Positions 1 through 5,495 of a DNA stretch of 6,785 bases are shown piece after piece. The notes beneath the pieces are model-generated. The model ran no database searches and had not been told where the DNA came from. It worked only from the letters and a program-made list of their open reading frames with translations. The stretch comes from an uncultured Eubacteriales bacterium (GTDB taxonomy: Bacteria; Bacillota; Clostridia; TANB77; RGIG9151), in contig CAZXFU010000027.1 in assembly GCA_964640345.1 (NCBI GenBank), positions 10,202-16,986 on the forward strand, read 5' to 3'. Numbering within the stretch: the first letter of the stretch is position 1; every line of letters starts with the position of its first letter. A program made the translations under genes and the position numbers.

Positions 1-756
1 GGTGTTACAGAAGTAATTTTAACGGCTCAAGATACTACTTATTACGGTTTAGATATTTACGGAAAGAGGAAGCTTGCGGAACTTATTGAAAAGGTTTCTG
101 AAATTAAGAATGTTCATTGGATTAGATTCCAATATTCTTATCCTGAGGGAATTACCGATGAGCTTTTAGAAGTTGTAAAAAATAACAATAAAGTTTGCAA
201 GTATTTTGATGTTCCTCTTCAACATTGTAACGATGAAGTATTAAAACGTATGGGAAGACATACAGATAAAAAACATATTTTAGAATTAATTTCAAAAATA
301 AAGAATGAAATTCCGGAGTCAACTTTAAGAACATCGCTTATTGTCGGTTTTCCCGGCGAAACGGAAGAACAGTTTGAGGAGCTTTTGGAGTTTGTAAAAG
401 ATGTTAAATTTGACAGGCTCGGAGTTTTTACATATTCTAAGGAAGAGGGAACTCCTGCATATAAATTGGACAATCAAGTTCTACAAAAAGTTAAAAAAGA
501 GCGTCAAAGTATAATTATGAGAGAACAACAAAAAATATCTTTGGCTAAGAATAAAGAAAAAATAGGAAAAGAGATTGAAGTATTGGTAGAAGGTAAATTA
601 CCAAACGGTACTTTTTTTGGTCGTACGTATCAAGATTCGCCCGAGGTTGACGGCTTGGCTTTTATTGAGTCGGAGAAAGATTTGGTTTTGAGTGAGTACT
701 ATATGTGCAGAGTGATTCGTGCAAAGGAATACGATATTGTTGTAGAGGTGATTTAA
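1..756 (+). CDS. rimO: Ribosomal protein uS12 methylthiotransferase RimO, C-terminal ~251 aa (5' end lies outside the window)
   Basis: Frame 1 is open from nt 1 (GVTEVILTAQDTTYYGLDIYGKRKLAELIEKV...) and joins the listed 250..756 ORF; stop TAA at 754-756. The radical-SAM MTTase core is recognisable: WIRFQYSYPEGITDEL, KYFDVPLQHCNDEVLKRMGRH (the D-x-P-L-Q-H form typical of RimO rather than MiaB), SLIVGFPGETEEQFEEL and GVFTYSKEEGTPA. A C-terminal TRAM-like domain follows (GKEIEVLVEG...YYMCRVIRAKEYDIVVEV). The CxxxCxxC cluster would lie upstream of the window. Confidence 0.88.
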   Translation, partial: GVTEVILTAQDTTYYGLDIYGKRKLAELIEKVSEIKNVHWIRFQYSYPEGITDELLEVVKNNNKVCKYFDVPLQHCNDEVLKRMGRHTDKKHILELISKIKNEIPESTLRTSLIVGFPGETEEQFEELLEFVKDVKFDRLGVFTYSKEEGTPAYKLDNQVLQKVKKERQSIIMREQQKISLAKNKEKIGKEIEVLVEGKLPNGTFFGRTYQDSPEVDGLAFIESEKDLVLSEYYMCRVIRAKEYDIVVEVI

Positions 757-773
757 TTTTGAATACCGAGGTT

Positions 774-1529
774 ATGGGTATAAAAGTCAACTATATTGAT
801 GAGGGAAACGGAGATATTGTGCTTTTTTTGCAAGGTTGGGGAACTAATCTTGATATTTACAAAAAAGTTATTGATAAATTAAAAAAGACTAATAGAATTA
901 TTGCACTTGATTTCCCGGGTTTTGGGAAAACCCCGGAACCGCCTACAGCATGGGATGTTAATGATTATATGGAGTTTACGGATAAGTTTATTGAAAAGCT
1001 TAAAATTAACAATATTGTTTTAATGGGCCATTCTTTTGGTGGAAGGGTTATTATAAGACTTATGAATAAAAAAGATCGTAAGTTTAATGTCAGAAAAATA
1101 GTTTTGCTTGATAGTGCAGGAATACGTGCAAAAGTCAGCATGAAGAATAAAATAAAGCAAAAATGGTTTAAGGTATGTAAAAAGGTTATTGGAAGTAAAA
1201 TTGGAGTAAAATTTTTCCCCGGTGCTGTTGAAAGAATGAAAAATAAGTCGGGGTCTTTAGACTATAGAAAAGCTTCGCCTCTTATGAAGCAAGTTTTAGT
1301 AAAGACAATAAATGAGGATCTTACGGATATGCTTTCTAATATAGATGTTCCAACGTTACTTATTTGGGGAGACATGGATACTGCAACCCCTTTAACGGAT
1401 GCTAAGATTATGGAAGAAAAAATCCCGGATGCCGGACTTGTTGTGCTTAAAAATACAGGGCATTATTCTTTTTTAGAGGATTTTTATACGTTTAGCAGGG
1501 TTATAGATTCATTTTTGGGGGGAAAATAG
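774..1529 (+). CDS. Alpha/beta-fold hydrolase (serine hydrolase, substrate unknown), 251 aa
   Basis: Nucleophile elbow G-H-S-F-G-G (LMGHSFGGRV). An HG-like oxyanion region sits near the N-terminus (IVLFLQGWGTN). Acid residue in LLIWGDMDTATP and catalytic His in NTGHYSFLED, with spacing typical of the COG0596-type fold. Start set at ATG 774 (MGIKVNYIDEG...; GAGG at 768-771, only 2 nt spacer). An in-frame TTG at 759 has a better-spaced GAGGTG (745-750) and is a credible alternative. Stop TAG 1527-1529 abuts the next ATG. Confidence 0.85.
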   Translation: MGIKVNYIDEGNGDIVLFLQGWGTNLDIYKKVIDKLKKTNRIIALDFPGFGKTPEPPTAWDVNDYMEFTDKFIEKLKINNIVLMGHSFGGRVIIRLMNKKDRKFNVRKIVLLDSAGIRAKVSMKNKIKQKWFKVCKKVIGSKIGVKFFPGAVERMKNKSGSLDYRKASPLMKQVLVKTINEDLTDMLSNIDVPTLLIWGDMDTATPLTDAKIMEEKIPDAGLVVLKNTGHYSFLEDFYTFSRVIDSFLGGK

Positions 1530-3086
1530 ATGGCTATTACGAGAGCTTTGCTTTTTTCATTGTTTTTTATTAATTTAAATCTTGCAATGTTTTTTTATTT
1601 GCATATGTATCAGCTTAATTCGTATCAGGCTGTTTCACATTTTAATTGGATAAAATCAAAGTGGTTTAAAGATATTTTTTTGAGGAATGTTTGGCTTTTT
1701 ATTCCTTTTGTTTTGTGCTTTGTTAATAATTTTGTGGTTTTGGTTACAGGAACACTTGTAAGCTATGTTGTTATGTTTGGGGTGAACAGAAAGAAAAAGT
1801 ACAAAAAACCGCTTGTTTATACAAATAGACTTACAAGGCTTCTTGGCACTATGGGAGTTGTAAACTCAGTTGTTACTTTGTTTTTTATGATATACTTGAA
1901 TTTGTGGCAAGCGTGCCTTGGTCTTACGATTTGGACTTTTTTACTTCCGTTTCTAATAATGCTTGCAAATTTGATTAATTTACCTATCGAAAAGCATATA
2001 AATAACGGATATATAAAGGATGCAAAGAGGATTCTAAAAGACATGCCGAGTCTTACTGTCATTGGTATTACAGGGAGTTACGGAAAAACAAGTACCAAGT
2101 ATTTTTTAAATAAATTACTTTCTACCAGATATAATGTGCTTATGACTCCGGGAAATTTTAATACTACTTTGGGAGTTGTTAGGACAGTTCGTGAAAAACT
2201 TAATGCGACTCATGAAATTTTTCTATGTGAAATGGGTGCAAGGCATGTTGGAGATATAAAGGAAATTTGTGATTTGGTTTGTCCTAAATATGGTATAATA
2301 TCTTCAATCGGACCTCAGCATTTAGAAACATTTTACAATATGGAGAATATTATAAATACTAAGTTTGAATTGGCAGATGCAATTTCGGACGACGGAAAGA
2401 TTTTCTTAAATTACGGCAATGAGTATATAAAAAATAAAAAGTGCAAGAAAAATGTTGTGAGTTATGGTGTTTTGGTAAACGGCGTTATGTATCTTGCGGA
2501 TAATATTTCTGTTGGTGCAAAGGGTTCTGGTTTTACTGTTGCAGGGAAAGATGGGAAAAAACAGGAATTTAGAACAAAGCTCATAGGTCGTCACAATGTT
2601 GAAAATATTACCGGTGCGATTGCGGTTGCAGTTGAGCTTGGGATACCGATGGAGGAGCTGGTTTATGCGGTTAAGACGTTAGAAGCCGTTCCTCACAGAT
2701 TAGAGCTTATTAAAGGCAAGAATTCAACTATAATTGATGATGCGTATAATTCTAATCCCGTTGGGGCAAAAATGGCTCTTGATACACTAAGTTGCTTTGA
2801 CGGTACTAAGATTATAATAACGCCGGGAATGGTTGAACTTGGGGATAAGCAAGACGAGTGCAATAAAGAGTTTGGCGTTAATATTTCTAAAGTTTGCGAT
2901 TATGTTGTTTTAGTCGGGAAAGAGCAGACAAAGGCTTTGTACGATGGAATTTGTGAGTCTAAGTTTGATAAAGATAAAGTTTTTGTTGCAAATTCTTTTG
3001 ATGAAGGAATGGAATGGATTAGAGAGTTAAAATGTGATAAAGAGAAATTTGTTTTGATAGAAAATGATTTGCCGGATAATTACTAG
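1530..3086 (+). CDS. murF: Mur ligase family protein, MurF-like (UDP-MurNAc-tripeptide--D-Ala-D-Ala ligase type) with an N-terminal ~170-aa polytopic membrane domain; 518 aa
   Basis: ATG at 1530 follows the upstream TAG directly, with a GGGGGGA Shine-Dalgarno at 1517-1523. Residues ~4-149 form 4-5 hydrophobic segments separated by a K/R-rich loop (NRKKKYKKPLVYTNRLTR). The Mur-ligase P-loop GITGSYGKTS is at aa 179-188 (nt 2064-2093). MurF-type motifs follow: GNFNTTLGV, EMGARHVGDI, GRHNVENI, VPHRLE, DDAYNSNP and PGMVELGD. The gene symbol is tentative because the canonical domain 1 is missing. Confidence 0.75.
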   Translation: MAITRALLFSLFFINLNLAMFFYLHMYQLNSYQAVSHFNWIKSKWFKDIFLRNVWLFIPFVLCFVNNFVVLVTGTLVSYVVMFGVNRKKKYKKPLVYTNRLTRLLGTMGVVNSVVTLFFMIYLNLWQACLGLTIWTFLLPFLIMLANLINLPIEKHINNGYIKDAKRILKDMPSLTVIGITGSYGKTSTKYFLNKLLSTRYNVLMTPGNFNTTLGVVRTVREKLNATHEIFLCEMGARHVGDIKEICDLVCPKYGIISSIGPQHLETFYNMENIINTKFELADAISDDGKIFLNYGNEYIKNKKCKKNVVSYGVLVNGVMYLADNISVGAKGSGFTVAGKDGKKQEFRTKLIGRHNVENITGAIAVAVELGIPMEELVYAVKTLEAVPHRLELIKGKNSTIIDDAYNSNPVGAKMALDTLSCFDGTKIIITPGMVELGDKQDECNKEFGVNISKVCDYVVLVGKEQTKALYDGICESKFDKDKVFVANSFDEGMEWIRELKCDKEKFVLIENDLPDNY

Positions 3087-3091
3087 TTTTA

Positions 3092-3098
3092 AAGGAGG
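3092..3098 (+). promoter_or_regulatory. Strong Shine-Dalgarno site for ddl
   Basis: AAGGAGG at 3092-3098, 7 nt upstream of ATG 3106. This supports 3106 rather than the ORF-track ATG 3064 as the ddl start. Confidence 0.8.
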
Positions 3099-3105
3099 AG
3101 TTTTT

Positions 3106-4284
3106 ATGAAAATTAAAGTTGGCGTATTGTTTGGCGGAAGAAGCGTTGAACATGAAATTTCTATAATAAGTGCCGTTCAGGCTATGCTTGCGTTTGATAC
3201 GGAGAAATATGATGTTGTGCCAATTTATATTACAAAGGACAACAGATTTTTTACCGGGGATATTTTAAAGAATATTGAGCAGTATAAAGATATTGATAAT
3301 GTTATAAATAACTGTCAAAGGGTTATTTTGCAAAATATTGATGGGAAGGTAAAGCTTCTTGCTTATCCTGTTAAAATGTTTAGAAATCCTGAGATCGACT
3401 ATATTGATGTTGCTTTCCCTGTTGTTCATGGAACTAACGTTGAGGACGGAACTCTACAGGGTTTTTTACATATGCTAAATGTTCCGTATTGCGGATGCGA
3501 TATTTTAGCTTCTGCCGTCGGTATGAATAAATTCGTTCAAAAGGCTGTTTTAAGAGAGTACGGGATACCTGTGCTCAAAGCAAAATGTTTTGATATGAAG
3601 AATTATAATAGAAATCAGGAAAAGATTTTAGAGGAAATAGAAAAAGAGATAGATTATCCGATGATTGTAAAACCCGTTAATTTGGGGTCTAGTGTCGGTA
3701 TAAGAAAAGTGCATGACAGAGCAGAATTAGAAGATGCTATAGACTATGGTTTTGAGTTTTCACTAAAAGTTTTGGTTGAACATGCTGTTGAGAATTTGCG
3801 TGAGATTAATTGTTCGGTTCTTGGCGATTATGAAAGTGCAAGACCTTCCGAATGTGAAGAGCCGATAAATGCAGACGAGATATTAAGTTATCAGGATAAA
3901 TATATGTCCGGCGAAAAGAACGGTTCTAAGGGAATGAGCAGCACAAAAAGGAAACTTCCTGCTGATATTTCTAAAGAAATTAGAGAAAAGATTCAAGGGT
4001 ATGCTGTTGATGCGTTTAAGGTGCTTGGATGTAACGGAGTTGTAAGAATTGACTTTTTGATGAATAGTAAGACTAATGAAGTTTGGTTTAATGAGATAAA
4101 CACTATTCCGGGTTCATTGTCGTTTTATCTTTGGGAAGCTACCGGAGTTAAATATAAAGAGCTTTTAGACGAGATTGTAAGTCTTTCGTTAAAGAGAAAG
4201 AGAGAAGAGGATACTGTTAATTATTCTTTTGATACTAATGTTTTAGCCGGAATAAAGCTGGGCGGAAGTAAAGGAAAACTTTAG
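3106..4284 (+). CDS. ddl: D-alanine--D-alanine ligase (ATP-grasp), long form, 392 aa
   Basis: The N-terminus MKIKVGVLFGGRSVEHEISIISA is the classic Ddl GG-S-EHE-S motif. Also present: FPVVHGTNVEDGTLQGFL, ATP-grasp core YPMIVKPVNLGSSVGI, omega-loop SYQDKY, and C-terminal catalytic region GVVRIDFLM...WFNEINTIPGS. Stop TAG at 4282-4284. Confidence 0.9.
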   Translation: MKIKVGVLFGGRSVEHEISIISAVQAMLAFDTEKYDVVPIYITKDNRFFTGDILKNIEQYKDIDNVINNCQRVILQNIDGKVKLLAYPVKMFRNPEIDYIDVAFPVVHGTNVEDGTLQGFLHMLNVPYCGCDILASAVGMNKFVQKAVLREYGIPVLKAKCFDMKNYNRNQEKILEEIEKEIDYPMIVKPVNLGSSVGIRKVHDRAELEDAIDYGFEFSLKVLVEHAVENLREINCSVLGDYESARPSECEEPINADEILSYQDKYMSGEKNGSKGMSSTKRKLPADISKEIREKIQGYAVDAFKVLGCNGVVRIDFLMNSKTNEVWFNEINTIPGSLSFYLWEATGVKYKELLDEIVSLSLKRKREEDTVNYSFDTNVLAGIKLGGSKGKL

Positions 4285-4292
4285 AAGAGTTC

Positions 4293-4340
4293 AAGACTAA
4301 TTTTTATGCACGTACTGTGTATAAGGGTTAGTCTTTTATT
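4293..4340 (+). terminator. Putative rho-independent terminator after ddl
   Basis: Positions 4293-4311 pair with 4317-4335 as a contiguous 19-bp stem: 15 Watson-Crick plus 4 G.U pairs, only 4 of them G-C. The loop is GTACT, followed by TTATT (run TCTTTTATT). It starts 9 nt after the ddl stop. The AT-rich stem lowers confidence. Confidence 0.55.
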
Positions 4341-4396
4341 GAGATTGAGACAGTATTAGCAGAATAGGAGAGTATTTAATTCGCCACAAAAAACAG

Positions 4397-4425
4397 TAGA
4401 AAAAAAACATAGAATATGGTAAAAT
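4397..4425 (+). promoter_or_regulatory. Candidate sigma-A promoter for tsaD (extended -10)
   Basis: TGgTAAAAT at 4417-4425 is an extended -10. TAGAAA at 4397-4402 (4/6 to TTGACA) sits 17 nt upstream. Caveat: the predicted transcription start (~4432) would fall on the GGTGG ribosome-binding site (4432-4436), leaving a very short leader. Confidence 0.3.
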
Positions 4426-4441
4426 GTCTTTGGTGGTTTAA

Positions 4442-5431
4442 ATGAAAGATATAATTTGTTTGGCAATTGAAAGTAGCTGCGACGAAACGTCAGTTGCAAT
4501 TGTAAAAAATGGTAGAGAAGTATTATCTAATGTAATATTTTCTCAAATAGATATACATAAAAAATATGGCGGAGTTGTTCCGGAGATTGCATCTCGCCAA
4601 CATACGGAGTGTATTAATATTGTTATTGAAGAAGCCTTGAAAGAAGCAAATATGACTTTTAACGATGTAGATATAATCGGTGCAACGTATGGCCCCGGAT
4701 TAATCGGTGCATTACTTGTTGGGTTATCAGCGGCAAAAGGACTTTCTTATGCACTTAATAAACCTCTTGTTCCGGTAAATCATATAAAGGGTCATATTTT
4801 TGCAAATTTTATTCAGGACAAGTCTTTAGAACCTCCTTTCATTTGTATGGTTGTTTCAGGCGGTCATACTCATTTGGTTAATGTTAAGAGTTATAATGAG
4901 TTTGAAATACTTGGAAAGACGATGGATGATGCTATTGGCGAAGCTTTTGATAAAGTTGCAAGAACTGTCGGTTTAGGATATCCGGGTGGTCCTCTTGTAG
5001 ATAAGGCTGCAAAGGATGGGATTGATAATTGTCATTTCCCAAGACCTGTTTTTGATAATTTGAATTTCAGCTTTAGTGGGATAAAAACAGCGGTTATAAA
5101 TTACACGAATAAGAATAAGGATTATAAAATCGAGGACGTATGCAGAAGTTTTGAAGAAGCGGCGACAGATGTTATTACGACTAATGTAAGACGAGCTCTT
5201 GAAAAATATAATACAGATAAAATCGCATTGGCTGGAGGGGTTGCGGCTAATAGTATGTTAAGGGAAAAAATGAGAAAGCTCGCTGAAGAGAAAAATGTTA
5301 AGTTTTACTGCCCTGCTCCTGTATTATGTACAGATAATGCGGCTATGATAGGTTCAGTTGCATATTATGATTATTTGAACGGAAAAGTTGCAGATTTAGG
5401 TGTTAATGCTGTAGCAAATTTGGGACTATAG
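4442..5431 (+). CDS. tsaD: tRNA N6-adenosine threonylcarbamoyltransferase TsaD (Kae1/Qri7/YgjD family), 329 aa
   Basis: [16 protein letters not shown]-terminus; metal-binding H-x-x-x-H (NHIKGHIF, His codons at 4781 and 4793); VSGGHTHL; [13 protein letters not shown]; GYPGGP; [10 protein letters not shown]; [17 protein letters not shown] at 4432-4436. Confidence 0.93.
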   Translation: MKDIICLAIESSCDETSVAIVKNGREVLSNVIFSQIDIHKKYGGVVPEIASRQHTECINIVIEEALKEANMTFNDVDIIGATYGPGLIGALLVGLSAAKGLSYALNKPLVPVNHIKGHIFANFIQDKSLEPPFICMVVSGGHTHLVNVKSYNEFEILGKTMDDAIGEAFDKVARTVGLGYPGGPLVDKAAKDGIDNCHFPRPVFDNLNFSFSGIKTAVINYTNKNKDYKIEDVCRSFEEAATDVITTNVRRALEKYNTDKIALAGGVAANSMLREKMRKLAEEKNVKFYCPAPVLCTDNAAMIGSVAYYDYLNGKVADLGVNAVANLGL

Positions 5432-5495
5432 ATATATAATAATTTTCCATTAAAATTGTGCCGTTTGATATTGATAAAAGGTATGGTGATGCTGT

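Noticed and set aside
152-473. Minus-strand ORFs 152..334 (60 aa) and 219..473 (84 aa)
   Set aside because: They are antisense to the well-supported rimO frame. Their low-complexity, Phe/Leu/Lys-rich translations are typical of antisense frames in AT-rich DNA, and they have no recognisable motifs or RBS.
705-773. Upstream extension of the hydrolase ORF to ATG 705 (MQSDSCKGIRYCCRGDLILNTEV...)
   Set aside because: It would overlap the rimO TRAM domain by 52 nt. The extension has no hydrolase-like sequence, and better starts with SD sites exist at 759 and 774.
1817-2594. Minus-strand ORFs 1817..2062 (81 aa) and 2406..2594 (62 aa)
   Set aside because: They lie entirely inside, and antisense to, the Mur-ligase CDS, whose frame carries strong family motifs. 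No independent support.
2043-3086. Internal ATG (Met172) as the start of a separate soluble Mur ligase, with the TM region as a distinct upstream gene
   Set aside because: The reading frame is continuous with no stop between the TM region and the P-loop. Only a weak AGGA lies 11 nt upstream of ATG 2043. One fused 518-aa product is the simplest reading, though an internal initiation product cannot be excluded from sequence alone.
3064-3105. ORF-track start of ddl at ATG 3064 (MICRIITSFKGGVF...)
   Set aside because: It overlaps the end of the Mur-ligase gene and lacks an SD. ATG 3106 has a near-perfect AAGGAGG 7 nt upstream and gives the canonical MKIKVGVLFGG Ddl N-terminus.
3898-3903. Possibility that this is a Van-type D-Ala-D-Lac or D-Ala-D-Ser resistance ligase paired with a dedicated MurF
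   Set aside because: The omega-loop Lys-Tyr (DKY) is retained, whereas depsipeptide ligases such as Leuconostoc Ddl have Phe at this position. No vanH, vanX, vanR/S or vanT-like genes are in the window, and the flanks are core housekeeping genes. It cannot be fully excluded without phylogeny.
4306-4359. 17-codon mini-ORF (MHVLCIRVSLLLRLRQY) in the ddl-tsaD spacer
   Set aside because: It starts inside the terminator hairpin, has no SD, and its length is consistent with chance.
5465-5476. Tandem TTGATA TTGATA as -35 elements of a pbp promoter
   Set aside because: No acceptable -10 hexamer lies 16-18 nt downstream of either copy.
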